This document shows, in pieces, positions 47,229 through 57,235 of a stretch of 64,000 nucleotides of DNA. The stretch is from contig JAIETH010000001.1 in NCBI GenBank assembly GCA_019745315.1, forward strand, positions 193,295 to 257,294. The letters run 5' to 3'. Source of the DNA: Patescibacteria group bacterium. GTDB lineage: Bacteria > Patescibacteriota > Minisyncoccia > Phycocordibacterales > UBA918. The notes beneath the pieces were generated by a model. That model was given only the letters and a program-made list of their open reading frames with translations, did no database searches and was not told the DNA's origin. The position numbers and the translations under genes are program-made. Position 1 is the stretch's first letter; each line of letters starts with the position of its first letter.

Positions 47229-48305
47229 CTATTCCTTTGTAGAAGGAATAGAGTCTATAACCGCGAGTTCAAGCGGGAGTACTGCGATATGTGTGCGGCC
47301 GACTTGGTCTGTGGCATCGAGAAAACGAAGGAGTGTTTTTGAGTTTATAAGTGTCTTTGGGTCTTTTGCAATCTCGCTAATTACAGCCTTATCTTCATCA
47401 CTAAAACTTGATAGATATTCCTCTGCATCACTCGGGGCATTTCTCTTTAGAATCACTGCGCGCATACGCTCAAGCAAAAGTCGTGCAAAGAGTTTCATGT
47501 CTATTGCCATCTCACCCGCCTCTCGTAAAGCCGCAAGTGCTTTCTCTGTAGAGTGCTCATGAATACCAGATACTACATTCATAATGAGTGCACTTCGCGG
47601 AGCACCTATGATAGCGGCTACCTCATCTGCTCCAGCCTTCGTATCAGGAGAGGCGGTGATTACCTTTTGCGTGATACCAAGCGCGTCTCTGAAAGAACCG
47701 TCTGCTGCTGCAGCAACGAGATCAGCTCCGTCAGGAGAAAGAGTAAATGCTTCGGATTTCGCAACTCCAATTATATGATCACGAAGCATTGCGCGTGTCG
47801 GCGCCTTAAAGCGATACACCTGACAGCGAGAAACGATGGTCTCAAGAAGTTTTTCTACCTCTGTGGTGGCAAGGATAAATACAACATGACGTGGAGGTTC
47901 TTCCAAGGTTTTTAAAAGTGCATTGAATGCTTCTTTGGTGAGCATGTGTACCTCGTCAATGATGTATACCTTTTGAGCTGACTCATATGGAAGAGTGAGG
48001 ACTGCCTCACGGAGCACACGCACATCGTCAATACCGCGGTTTGAAGCGGCATCTATTTCATAGATATCAATTTCTTTGGTACCAATCTCTCGCGCAAAGA
48101 TACGCGCAATACTGGTCTTTCCTGTACCACGAGGTCCTGCAAAGAGAAGTGCGTGCGGTACCTGTCCTTTTTGTATCGCTCCAGAGAGAGCGGTTACCAC
48201 ATGATCCTGTCCACGCACATCAGCAAATGACGCCGGGCGATACTTACGATACAGAACAGTGTGTTCTACCGCAGCAGCTTCATGTGTATCACTTTTTTTC
48301 TTCAT
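47229..48305 (-). CDS. dnaX: DNA polymerase III subunit gamma/tau (short form)
   Basis: HALLFAGPRGTGKTSIARIFAREI. 358 aa, with no tau C-terminal domains. Confidence 0.9.
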   Translation of the reverse strand: MKKKSDTHEAAAVEHTVLYRKYRPASFADVRGQDHVVTALSGAIQKGQVPHALLFAGPRGTGKTSIARIFAREIGTKEIDIYEIDAASNRGIDDVRVLREAVLTLPYESAQKVYIIDEVHMLTKEAFNALLKTLEEPPRHVVFILATTEVEKLLETIVSRCQVYRFKAPTRAMLRDHIIGVAKSEAFTLSPDGADLVAAAADGSFRDALGITQKVITASPDTKAGADEVAAIIGAPRSALIMNVVSGIHEHSTEKALAALREAGEMAIDMKLFARLLLERMRAVILKRNAPSDAEEYLSSFSDEDKAVISEIAKDPKTLINSKTLLRFLDATDQVGRTHIAVLPLELAVIDSIPSTKE

Positions 48306-48341
48306 CGCATGCAGTATAGCAAAGGTTCTCTGTATTGTAAT

Positions 48342-49229
48342 CTACAGAGTCTCGCGAGCTGTATAGCTCACGCTGGTTTCTATGAAGGTGCGGAGTATCT
48401 CTGTATCACGCACGATCTGATCGCTTCCTAACAGCACAATGCCGACACTTCGTGCTGGTGAGTCTTTAAACTTTTGTATGAAGAGACCCGCAAATGTTCG
48501 TCCTGCCTCGTCGGTATATCCATGCTTTCCTCCTTGGTAGCCTTCCACACCCACGACAGGATTGTTATTCAACCACCCTATGCGCTCCCCTACATACTGT
48601 GTGAGCGTTGTTATATCAAGCAAGTAGCGTTCATGTACAAAAATGTAGGTGAGGAGTGAGGCTATGTCGCGGGCAGTTGTTATATTTCCTGCATCAATAC
48701 CACTTGGGTCTACAAAGACAGTATCTTTCATACCTAAACGCTCTGCCTCTGCATTCATACGCCCAATGAAAAGGGATCTGCTAGCACTTTCTGCAACTGC
48801 TTCAGCGGCATCATTTGATGATTCAAGCAGAAGCGGGAAAAGGAGGTCTCGAACACTCATGCTCTCGCCTGCAACCATGCGACCCGATGACCCTTCGGTG
48901 CTTACTGCTTTTTCTGAAACTACCACTCTTTCTTTTAGATCATAGGTACGGAATGCCACATGTGCAGTCATGAGTTTTGTAACTGAGGCTAATGGAAGAA
49001 CTTTATTTTCATCAGTCGAGACAATAGACTCACCTGTTGCAGTGTCAAATACGAGCCACGCGTCCGCTGAGACCGATTCGCGGAGACCCATTTCGCCCTC
49101 TTCGAAGAGGGCGGTAAATACTGCTGCGTCATTTTTTGCAGATTCGTAATACATCTGATCACGAAACACACACGCGAGTACAAACGCCACTAGAAATATG
49201 ACGAGTGGAATATATACTGATCGTTTCAT
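48342..49229 (-). CDS. D-alanyl-D-alanine carboxypeptidase (S11, PBP5-like)
   Basis: SVTKLMTA (SxxK), SSND (SxN) and KHG motifs. N-terminal TM helix. Confidence 0.75.
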   Translation of the reverse strand: MKRSVYIPLVIFLVAFVLACVFRDQMYYESAKNDAAVFTALFEEGEMGLRESVSADAWLVFDTATGESIVSTDENKVLPLASVTKLMTAHVAFRTYDLKERVVVSEKAVSTEGSSGRMVAGESMSVRDLLFPLLLESSNDAAEAVAESASRSLFIGRMNAEAERLGMKDTVFVDPSGIDAGNITTARDIASLLTYIFVHERYLLDITTLTQYVGERIGWLNNNPVVGVEGYQGGKHGYTDEAGRTFAGLFIQKFKDSPARSVGIVLLGSDQIVRDTEILRTFIETSVSYTARETL

Positions 49230-49239
49230 AGAAAAATGT

Positions 49240-49266
49240 GTCCGATACTGATACGCGGCGCCAGAG
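49240..49266 (-). terminator. 12-bp GC-rich hairpin ATACGCGGCGCC-AGA-GGCGCCGCGTAT
   Basis: Perfect stem downstream of the gene at 49300-49746. The T-run is distal. Confidence 0.4.
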
Positions 49267-49299
49267 GCGCCGCGTATTCAACCACCTGCTTTAAAAAAC

Positions 49300-49746
49300 T
49301 TATGCTTTCTTAGCAACAGCCTTTGCTCCAGCTTCTACTTTCTTTGCTGCCTTTTTTACAACTTTTTTGACTGCCGCCTCTCCAACTTTTGCCTGGCGAG
49401 CACCTTTCTTTTCAAGAGTCTTCCAATGAGACTTCATTTCTTTTGCAAATCCCATCAATTCATCAGCGCTTGCATTCTTAACCTTGCCGTAGACCTTGAT
49501 AGTCTTATCAATCAACTGCTCATACTCCTCCTGAGTCATGTCTTTTGCTTTTTCGATTCCTTCAAGAACTTCTGCTTTAGCGCGAAGTGTCCAGCTCTTT
49601 ACCATCTTTCGATTCTTCTCTGCATGCTTACTTCCATAGAGGAAATACGCTCCTGCTGCACTGATGAGTGCCGCTGTTACACCAACACCTACTCCGACGC
49701 TTACTGCATTACTACTTTTCTTCGCTTCAGTTTTCTTGGTAGCCAT
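49300..49746 (-). CDS. YtxH-like membrane-anchored protein with Lys/Ala-rich tail
   Basis: VGVGVGVTAALISAAGAYFLYGSK is a Gly-zipper TM typical of the YtxH family. The C-terminus is AKKA repeats. Confidence 0.5.
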   Translation of the reverse strand: MATKKTEAKKSSNAVSVGVGVGVTAALISAAGAYFLYGSKHAEKNRKMVKSWTLRAKAEVLEGIEKAKDMTQEEYEQLIDKTIKVYGKVKNASADELMGFAKEMKSHWKTLEKKGARQAKVGEAAVKKVVKKAAKKVEAGAKAVAKKA

Positions 49747-49767
49747 ATATATTTATTTACATTAAAA

Positions 49768-50067
49768 CTAGGACAGGTCGTCTTCCGATTCTTTCTTTCG
49801 TGTCTTTCGAGATGTTGATTTACCTTTGACGAAGCGAGAAAAAAACGAAATTGCATTTCCGACAATTCCTTCGTGCACAAATGAGCGCATTGCGGACGCG
49901 TCCTCAGCAAGCTTTTCGCTGCCACGTCTGAGTCGCTCCGTAATATCATTTATGTTACGCAGAATCCGAATGAGGTATATGAGCGCAATAGAAACGAGAG
50001 CAGTAAGCGCAAGAACTGCAATCGATGTGATAACAAAGAACAGATTAGTCTGTAATACCTCATTCAT
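49768..50067 (-). CDS. small membrane-anchored protein (DUF948-like)
   Basis: N-terminal TM followed by a helical region. Confidence 0.4.
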   Translation of the reverse strand: MNEVLQTNLFFVITSIAVLALTALVSIALIYLIRILRNINDITERLRRGSEKLAEDASAMRSFVHEGIVGNAISFFSRFVKGKSTSRKTRKKESEDDLS

Positions 50068-50125
50068 ACCTATAGTGTAGCAGATTAGTGAGCACCCTCT
50101 CTAGGCGCTGTGCACAGAGAGAAAC

Positions 50126-50189
50126 ACTTCTCTGGCATAACTCTCCGCTACCTGCAAAGCGACTTCACTCCGAGTTATGCCAGAGAAGT
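50126..50189. promoter_or_regulatory. 18-bp perfect inverted repeat ACTTCTCTGGCATAACTC-(28)-GAGTTATGCCAGAGAAGT
   Basis: The right arm overlaps the last codons and stop of the dus gene. No T-run follows. Confidence 0.5.
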
Positions 50190-51197
50190 TTCCACAGGAG
50201 AATATGTTGCCAAAAATGCATTCGCAATCTTTTCTACCTCCGCGGCGTCTTTTGCTTCCATAAGAAGAACGCGTAATTCTTTAGCTCCATCAAAACCGTT
50301 AATGTATGCCTTGTAGTGTTTTTTCATGATGGCGAAGTTTTTGTGCGGCAAGAGTTCTTCAAAGAGATAGGTGTGTTCTATAAGTACACGGAAACGCTCC
50401 GAGAGTGGCACATTAGATAAATCTCGCTCTGGATGAAAAAGCCATGGATTTCCAAAAATAGCGCGTCCGAGCATAACGCCGTCGGCACCCGATACGCGCG
50501 CTTTCTCTTTCGCATCCTCAAGTGAGAGCGCATCTCCGTTTCCAATAATGCGTGCTGTACTTCCGAGCTCGTTTCGTATCTCTACCGCTCGCGCGATACG
50601 CTCCCATCGCGCAGGAACTTTCGACATTTCTTTTCGTGTACGGCAGTGAATGGTGACCGCAGATACTCCGGTACCTAAAAGAACGGGGAGCCATTCTTCA
50701 AGTTCATCTTTGTTGTATCCCAAACGCGTCTTCACTGAAACAGGAATTTTCCCATCAGCACCACGGAGTGCAGCCTCAATGACCGCAACAGCATTCTTTG
50801 GATTCTTTATCATCGCCGAACCACACCCCTGCTTTTCGATACCTGAGTCAGGGCATCCCATATTGATATCAACACCATCAAAACCAAGAGACACTGCAAG
50901 CCGTACTGCCTCTTCCATATACTCTGGAGTTGAAGAAAAAAGCTGCGCTACGATCGGTCGCTCTTCTTCGGTATAGATAAGGTCTGCTCTGAGCTTCTTT
51001 TGACCTTCTGCATCAGCGCGCACCAAACCATCCGCTGAAACAAATTCAGTCCACGTGACGTCAGGTCCGCCATATGAACCATCACTCCGCGTATGCGCAC
51101 TCTCTCGTGCAATGAGGCGTCTGAAGGCAGCGTCAGTGACGTCCGCCATTGGCGCTAATACGAAAAAAGGCTTCTGTAGTTTCTCCCAAAAAAACAT
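50175..51197 (-). CDS. dusB: tRNA-dihydrouridine synthase
   Basis: Dus-family FMN TIM barrel. CMGCP-type active-site region NMGCPD and the conserved lysine region. Confidence 0.85.
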   Translation of the reverse strand: MFFWEKLQKPFFVLAPMADVTDAAFRRLIARESAHTRSDGSYGGPDVTWTEFVSADGLVRADAEGQKKLRADLIYTEEERPIVAQLFSSTPEYMEEAVRLAVSLGFDGVDINMGCPDSGIEKQGCGSAMIKNPKNAVAVIEAALRGADGKIPVSVKTRLGYNKDELEEWLPVLLGTGVSAVTIHCRTRKEMSKVPARWERIARAVEIRNELGSTARIIGNGDALSLEDAKEKARVSGADGVMLGRAIFGNPWLFHPERDLSNVPLSERFRVLIEHTYLFEELLPHKNFAIMKKHYKAYINGFDGAKELRVLLMEAKDAAEVEKIANAFLATYSPVETSLA

Positions 51198-51201
51198 ATA
51201 G

Positions 51202-52155
51202 TTATTGTGCTGTTTCGTCCTCGACCGGCTCTTGTACCAGTACGCTACTCATTGATTCATCTTGAGGCCCTGTCGCCACACTTGCTTCCCCTTCTCCTGT
51301 AGCCAGAGCCGGCTCTGGCTCAATTGCTACCCCTCGCTCTTTCACATATACCTTATTTCCAAATCGCACGTCAATATATTCAAGATTTTCAAGCGCGACA
51401 TCTTTAAATTCTTCTGTTTGAAATACTGATTCAATATGTGCAAACACGTCTTCAATATCTGAATCCTTCGCCATCAAAATATTAGTACTGTTATTGAGGT
51501 GGAGTATCAAGTCGCCGTCTTTTGTTTCTGTGATCAGCCGCAATCGATGGCTATGCCTCTCTGCAATAGCATCTGAAAGCATACGGTAGCGTCGCACGGT
51601 TTCTGCATCATATACATTCACTCCACTTTCTGGCATTCGCCCCTCCACCACAAAACGCATCATGCTCTCGCCATTCAGTGACGGAGCGGGAGCATACGCA
51701 AACCCGGTCTCGTCCACAAATACACATGAGGGTGTTGAGGATGCTGTTGGCACCGAATCACACCACAGTGCGTATGGCTCATACTCTTCAAAGGTGACCG
51801 CAAGTTCATTTCGTGACGCACGAACAACAGATGCTCCATGCACGCGAGGTATTGAATTAATAGCCTCTACAATTTCATCGCGTGGAAACCCATATGAGAA
51901 GCGTCGTGGAATTAAAAGCGCGTATGAACCTGAAAGCGTAGATTCTACTTTCTTCTCGATAACTTCATGCGGCACTGTCGTTCCTCCAGAAACGGTAACC
52001 GCGTGTATGGTCACTGCGGGACGACGTGCACCGTACCAGACACCCACAGCAACAATAAGAACAACGCATGCCACCGCACCAGAGACAAGCATTCGTCGTT
52101 TATTTTGACGAGCTTCTCTTTTAGTGCGACGAAACGCGTTTCTCTTAAAGACCAT
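51202..52155 (-). CDS. ftsQ: cell division protein FtsQ/DivIB-like (POTRA domain)
   Basis: Basic N-terminus, one TM helix, POTRA-like VTIHAVTVSG...RVHGASVVRASRNELAVTFEEYEPYALW. Confidence 0.6.
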   Translation of the reverse strand: MVFKRNAFRRTKREARQNKRRMLVSGAVACVVLIVAVGVWYGARRPAVTIHAVTVSGGTTVPHEVIEKKVESTLSGSYALLIPRRFSYGFPRDEIVEAINSIPRVHGASVVRASRNELAVTFEEYEPYALWCDSVPTASSTPSCVFVDETGFAYAPAPSLNGESMMRFVVEGRMPESGVNVYDAETVRRYRMLSDAIAERHSHRLRLITETKDGDLILHLNNSTNILMAKDSDIEDVFAHIESVFQTEEFKDVALENLEYIDVRFGNKVYVKERGVAIEPEPALATGEGEASVATGPQDESMSSVLVQEPVEDETAQ

Positions 52156-52165
52156 AGATATGTCT

Positions 52166-53437
52166 TTAAACGATTTCAGTCATGCCTCCCATGTATTTCT
52201 GAAGAACTGGAGGAATTGCAATTGAACCATCAGCACGCTGATTGTTTTCAATGATTGGGATCAAGAGTCGAGGTGTTGCTGCTGCAGTGTTATTAAGCGA
52301 GTGCGCAAAACGCATCGCACCTGATTCATCGCGATAGCGAATGTTAAGGCGGCGTGTCTGGAAATCATGGAAGTATGACGATGAGTGTGTTTCTCGGTAT
52401 CGCTTCTCACTCGGCACCCATGCTTCGATATCGTATTTCTTCACTTGCCCCAATCCGAGGTCGCCTCCACAGTTAACTACGGTGTGGTGTGGAATACCGA
52501 GCGCCTGGAGCATCGCTTCAGAGTTCTCAGTCAATTCCTCATGGAATTTTACCGATTCATCGTGACGCGCTTCACACAACACAACCTGTTCGAATTTATA
52601 AAACTCATGCACGCGCATCAAACCCTTTGTATCTTTTCCATGACTTCCCGCCTCGCGTCTAAAACATGGAGAAAAACAGAAGAATTTAAATGGAAGTGCA
52701 TCGCGCTCAAGCACTTCGTCCATATAAAATCCCATCGCTCCCACCTCTGATGTTCCTGCGAGATAGTCTGCATCTTGTGTTTTGTATAGATCCTCTTCAC
52801 TTTGTGGGAGATACCCGGTACCAATGAATGGTTCTTTACGTACGAGAGATGGTACGAGAAGTGGTACGAAACGTGGATCACGCGCGAGTATAAAATCAGA
52901 AACGAAATTCCAGATCGCAAAGTTAAGCCGCGCACCCATACCTGTGAGGAAATACCCACGGAATCCTGCAACCTTAGTACCACGCTCAAAGTCTGCCATT
53001 TTATGTGCGAGCATCAGATCAACATGGCTCTTTGGTTCAAAATCAAATTTTGGAATTTCTCCCCATGTGCGCACCTCGACATTGCCTGCATCATCGTCTC
53101 CGTCTGGTACTGTCATATCAGGAATGTTTGGCACCTGCACCATAAGGAGTTGCCAGTCACGAATCACCGCCTTCAACTCTTCTTCTTCTTTCTGAATCTC
53201 CTCTTTCAAAACCTTCATGCTGGCAATGAGCTTTTCTCGTGCCTCCGCTTCAAGAGGCCCTGCAATAGATGTTGAAACTTGGTTTTGCTCCGCCTTCTTT
53301 GCTTCTACGTTTTGCAGAAGTGCACGACGCTTATCATCAAGCGCCATGAGGGCGTCAATGTCGACGGTGAGATGCTTCTTTACAGCTCCTGCTTTTATGA
53401 GGTCGAGGTTCTCTCGTATAAATTTGATATCAAGCAT
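52166..53437 (-). CDS. serS: seryl-tRNA synthetase
   Basis: N-terminal coiled coil, class II motifs, RREAGSHGKDTKGLMRVHEF. Confidence 0.95.
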   Translation of the reverse strand: MLDIKFIRENLDLIKAGAVKKHLTVDIDALMALDDKRRALLQNVEAKKAEQNQVSTSIAGPLEAEAREKLIASMKVLKEEIQKEEEELKAVIRDWQLLMVQVPNIPDMTVPDGDDDAGNVEVRTWGEIPKFDFEPKSHVDLMLAHKMADFERGTKVAGFRGYFLTGMGARLNFAIWNFVSDFILARDPRFVPLLVPSLVRKEPFIGTGYLPQSEEDLYKTQDADYLAGTSEVGAMGFYMDEVLERDALPFKFFCFSPCFRREAGSHGKDTKGLMRVHEFYKFEQVVLCEARHDESVKFHEELTENSEAMLQALGIPHHTVVNCGGDLGLGQVKKYDIEAWVPSEKRYRETHSSSYFHDFQTRRLNIRYRDESGAMRFAHSLNNTAAATPRLLIPIIENNQRADGSIAIPPVLQKYMGGMTEIV

Positions 53438-53522
53438 ATATATAATCCATTAGCATCTCCTAGTATGCCATATATAGAGCGACAAATGTACTCCCTGTCA
53501 ATATAAACAGAGTCATGCTCTC

Positions 53523-54494
53523 GTGCAAGATAACCTTCCGGCCGCCTTCCAAGCGACTCCGCTTCAGGTCATCTTGCACAAAAGCATATTTCAAATATTT
53601 GTATGTGCTACACTTTTAGTAATGTCATACGATGAGGATTATCCCATCCGTGAACTCAAAGAAGGTACTTGGCCTCCCCTCCTTAAAGAAATTTCTGATC
53701 CTCCTAAAAAACTGTATGCACGGGGAGTAATTGCTTTTGATGATGTAAAAATTCTTGCCGTCGTTGGGTCACGAAACTATTCTTCATATGGAAAAGAAGT
53801 AACGCGCACCCTTATCGCAGGACTTCGCGGATACCCTATCGCCATAGTCTCTGGACTCGCCCTCGGCATTGATGCCCTTGCACACGAAGCCGCACTTAAT
53901 GCAGGACTTTATACCATTACAGTACCCGGCTCTGGAATCGCTGATAGCTCTCTCTATCCTCGCTCGCACATTATGCTTGCACATCGCATTCTTGAAGCAG
54001 GTGGTGGAATCCTCTCTGAATTTGAACCAGATCAAGAGCCAGCGCCGTGGACATTCCCTCAGAGGAACAGAATCATGGCAGGCATGTCTCACGCTGTACT
54101 TATAATAGAGGCGAGTGAAAAATCAGGAACACTGATAACTGCTCGCCTCGGCATGGAATACAACAGGGACATACTCACCGTCCCCGGATCAATATTTAGT
54201 GGTAACTCATACGGGCCACACGTACTCATTCGTGATGGCGCAACTCCGGTGACTTCAAGTGCTGACATTCTGGAAGCACTTGGCCTTTCGACGCAACCAA
54301 ATACAGACACACTGACAGGCTGCAGCCCCGAAGAACAGGAAGTACTCGATCTTCTCGGAGAACCAACACCAAAAGACGCCCTCATTCGGAAGCTCGGGAA
54401 AGACACAAGCACCACAAATACTCTCCTTTCCATGATGGAGATTAGAGGGCTTATACAGGAGGTAGACGGCGTACTTATAAAGGTGCATCTGTAG
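53523..54494 (+). CDS. dprA: DNA processing protein DprA (Smf)
   Basis: AVVGSRNYSSYG and GLALGIDALAHEAAL. C-terminal winged helix. The start may be internal. Confidence 0.85.
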   Translation: MQDNLPAAFQATPLQVILHKSIFQIFVCATLLVMSYDEDYPIRELKEGTWPPLLKEISDPPKKLYARGVIAFDDVKILAVVGSRNYSSYGKEVTRTLIAGLRGYPIAIVSGLALGIDALAHEAALNAGLYTITVPGSGIADSSLYPRSHIMLAHRILEAGGGILSEFEPDQEPAPWTFPQRNRIMAGMSHAVLIIEASEKSGTLITARLGMEYNRDILTVPGSIFSGNSYGPHVLIRDGATPVTSSADILEALGLSTQPNTDTLTGCSPEEQEVLDLLGEPTPKDALIRKLGKDTSTTNTLLSMMEIRGLIQEVDGVLIKVHL

Positions 54495-54504
54495 TGTGCA
54501 AAAA

Positions 54505-54533
54505 TCGACTTTTCTCTAAAAAAGTGGTATAAA
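54505..54533 (+). promoter_or_regulatory. candidate sigma70 promoter (TCGACT-17-TGgTATAAA, extended -10)
   Basis: Seen in the sequence upstream of the 39-aa ORF. Confidence 0.4.
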
Positions 54534-54595
54534 GTAGTCTGGTAAAAACGATCTTCAGCAGCAAGCCGGAGACGCATTAAGGGAGGTGCCGAGAA

Positions 54596-54715
54596 ATGAC
54601 TTGGCTCGACGCGGTCAGCATGATCGCACTTGGTGCGGCACTGACCATCGGGGGGCAACGACTCCTCGTGTACTGGCTTCACAGACCATCCCTCACGGAA
54701 TGGGATCCCTACTGA
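54596..54715 (+). CDS. small hydrophobic peptide (39 aa), not in ORF track
   Basis: AAGGGAGGTG RBS 8 nt upstream. Translation MTWLDAVSMIALGAALTIGGQRLLVYWLHRPSLTEWDPY with one TM helix. A terminator follows. Confidence 0.45.
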   Translation: MTWLDAVSMIALGAALTIGGQRLLVYWLHRPSLTEWDPY

Positions 54716-54724
54716 CCGCCTCCA

Positions 54725-54752
54725 AGCGCCCGACCCCGAGGCGCTTTTTTGT
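54725..54752 (+). terminator. rho-independent terminator AGCGCC-(9)-GGCGCT + T6
   Basis: Seen in the sequence. Confidence 0.65.
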
Positions 54753-54822
54753 GCCTTATTTGTATACCTTATTTCAACATATCATTTGACAACAAACACA
54801 TTCCCTAGTATTTGTTGAGCAC

Positions 54823-57159
54823 ATGACCACCCTCGTAATCGTAGAGTCTCCCGCAAAAGCGAAGACCATAGAAAAATATCTTGGAAAGGAATACCGCGTA
54901 AAAGCGAGCGTTGGACACGTGCGTGATCTTCCAAAAAGTAACCTCAAAGCACTTGATATTCCAGGCGGCTTTATCCCCCACTATGAAATTTCGCGCGGAA
55001 AAGAAAAGGTGATCGCCGAACTTCGTGAAGCTGCAAAAAAAGCAAAGGTGGTGCTTCTTGCGACCGACCCCGACCGAGAAGGAGAAGCGATTGCATGGCA
55101 TGTTGCTGAAACTCTCAAAGACATCCACAAGAAACCTCAGCGCATTGTATTTCATGAAATTACTGAAGCAGCTGTCAAAGAAGCACTCGAGCACCCACGT
55201 CCTGTTGATCTTAATCTCAAAGAAGCACAAGAAGCGCGACGCGTATTGGATCGACTCGTGGGATACGATCTTTCAGGACTCATCTGGAAAAAAGTACGCT
55301 ACGGACTTTCTGCTGGTCGCGTACAATCTCCTGCGCTTCGCATCATCATGGAACGCGAGCGAGAAATTCGGGCATTCATTCCTGAAACATATTTCAGTAT
55401 TACCGCACACACTACCACTGAGAAAAAAGCTGCTCTGATACTCACGTGTGACGAAGAGCCACGCGACAAAGCATTTGCTGAAACAATTCTCTCTGAAGCA
55501 AAGGCAAACTCATGGAGTGTGGAGGATGTAAAAGAAACAGAACAAAAGCGCACTACACGTCCCCCTTTTACAACCTCAACACTTCAGCAGGTCGCTTCAA
55601 CACGACTTGGTTTTGCACCAAGTCGCACTATGGGCGTCGCGCAAAAACTTTACGAAGCAGGACTCATTACTTACATGCGTACTGATAGCGTGACTATAAG
55701 TCAGGTCGCACAAAAACAAATTCTGGGTGTCGTAGAAAAAGAATATGGAAAGAAATATGTAGCACCGCGTGCATTTAAAACAACAAGCAAGTCTGCGCAA
55801 GAAGCGCACGAAGCGATACGCCCTACCAATGTGTCAGTCCGTGACGCTGGCATGAATGAAGAACAAAAAAGACTCTACGCTCTTATCTGGACTCGCGCGG
55901 TTGCATCTCAAATGCAAGACGCTTTGGTGAAGCGCACCAAAATAACTGCAACAGTTGCAAGCAAAAAAGAAATCCCTTCGTTCTCTACAACAGGCTCACG
56001 TATCCTCTTTGATGGGTGGCTCAAAGCTGACCCCGCTGCTCGCGGAGAAGATGTGGAAGTACCTCTCGTACAGAAAGGAGAGAAACTTGATTTGGTTTCT
56101 ATCGATATGGAAACGAAAGAAACACAACCACCAAGTCGCTATACAGAAGCAGGTCTCATTAAAGAACTTGAGAAGCGCGGAATCGGACGCCCGTCTACCT
56201 ATGCGTCTACCATGAAGACGATTATTGATCGCGGGTATGTAGAAAAAAACGGACGCACCCTGCTCCCGACTGATACGGGCGACGTTGTATCTTCATTTCT
56301 TGAAACGCATTTTGCTGAATACATAAGCGACACCTTCACAAGCGAGATGGAAGACGAACTTGATGATATCGCACTTGGAAAACGAACATACGAAAAAACC
56401 CTTCGTGAGTTCTATACACCGTTTACCAAAGCGGTAAAAGCAAAAGACAAAATAGAGAAGCTCACAAACCTCGGCGAGGCTGACGCAAAACATGTGTGCC
56501 CCCTCTGTCAGAGCGGCATGATTATCAAACTTGGTCGCGGAGGAAAATTCCTTTCCTGCGAACGATTCCCTGATTGTATGGGGGCTCGCATGATCGATGG
56601 AACTGAAATAAAAGCTGATGAACCAATTGGAACCGATCCTAAAACAGAACTCCCTATCTTTGTATTAAGTGGACGCTTCGGGCCATACGTACAGCTTGGT
56701 GAAAAAACAAAAGAAAATAAAACTCCGCGTCGAGCAAGTATTCCAAAAGGAAAAAATCTTGCTGAGGTAACGCTTGAAGATGCGCTCGTGTACCTCTCGC
56801 TTCCTCGCGTACTCGGAGAACATCCAGACACACATGAACCAATCACCGCAAGCGTTGGACGCTTCGGACCCTTTGTCGTACATCAAAGCGACTTCCGATC
56901 ATTGAAAGGAGCAGACAACCCATACACCATCGAACTTGCTCGCGCACTTGAAATATTTAAGGAACCTAAAAAAGGACGTGCTGGAGAAACACTTCTTCGC
57001 GAGGTGGGACTCAATCCAAAAACTAAAAAACCTATCAAGATATTTGAATCAAAATCTGGACGATACTTCAAACGAGGATTCAAACGTATTTCAATTGCAC
57101 CTGATATCGATATAGAAAAGATGACTGTCGCTGAAGCTATTGAGTTGCAGAAGCAATAA
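54823..57159 (+). CDS. topA: DNA topoisomerase I
   Basis: TOPRIM N-terminus VIVESPAKAKTIEKYLG, a catalytic Tyr region, and a C-terminal zinc ribbon CPLCQSG...CERFPDC. Confidence 0.95.
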   Translation: MTTLVIVESPAKAKTIEKYLGKEYRVKASVGHVRDLPKSNLKALDIPGGFIPHYEISRGKEKVIAELREAAKKAKVVLLATDPDREGEAIAWHVAETLKDIHKKPQRIVFHEITEAAVKEALEHPRPVDLNLKEAQEARRVLDRLVGYDLSGLIWKKVRYGLSAGRVQSPALRIIMEREREIRAFIPETYFSITAHTTTEKKAALILTCDEEPRDKAFAETILSEAKANSWSVEDVKETEQKRTTRPPFTTSTLQQVASTRLGFAPSRTMGVAQKLYEAGLITYMRTDSVTISQVAQKQILGVVEKEYGKKYVAPRAFKTTSKSAQEAHEAIRPTNVSVRDAGMNEEQKRLYALIWTRAVASQMQDALVKRTKITATVASKKEIPSFSTTGSRILFDGWLKADPAARGEDVEVPLVQKGEKLDLVSIDMETKETQPPSRYTEAGLIKELEKRGIGRPSTYASTMKTIIDRGYVEKNGRTLLPTDTGDVVSSFLETHFAEYISDTFTSEMEDELDDIALGKRTYEKTLREFYTPFTKAVKAKDKIEKLTNLGEADAKHVCPLCQSGMIIKLGRGGKFLSCERFPDCMGARMIDGTEIKADEPIGTDPKTELPIFVLSGRFGPYVQLGEKTKENKTPRRASIPKGKNLAEVTLEDALVYLSLPRVLGEHPDTHEPITASVGRFGPFVVHQSDFRSLKGADNPYTIELARALEIFKEPKKGRAGETLLREVGLNPKTKKPIKIFESKSGRYFKRGFKRISIAPDIDIEKMTVAEAIELQKQ

Positions 57160-57235
57160 AAGAAATCCTTGAAGTTCTCGAGATCTTCGGCCGTTCACCA
57201 ATAACTACCTTTACACAATACCTTTAGGGGCTACA

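Noticed and set aside
49240-49266. GC hairpin as a classical intrinsic terminator
   Set aside because: The stem is strong, but the T-run on the transcribed minus strand is about 10 nt away. I kept it as a feature at low confidence rather than as a finding.
54586-54789. 67-aa ORF in the dprA-topA spacer
   Set aside because: It has no RBS and its frame runs through the terminator hairpin. The overlapping 39-aa frame at 54596-54715 has a near-consensus SD and stops before the hairpin.
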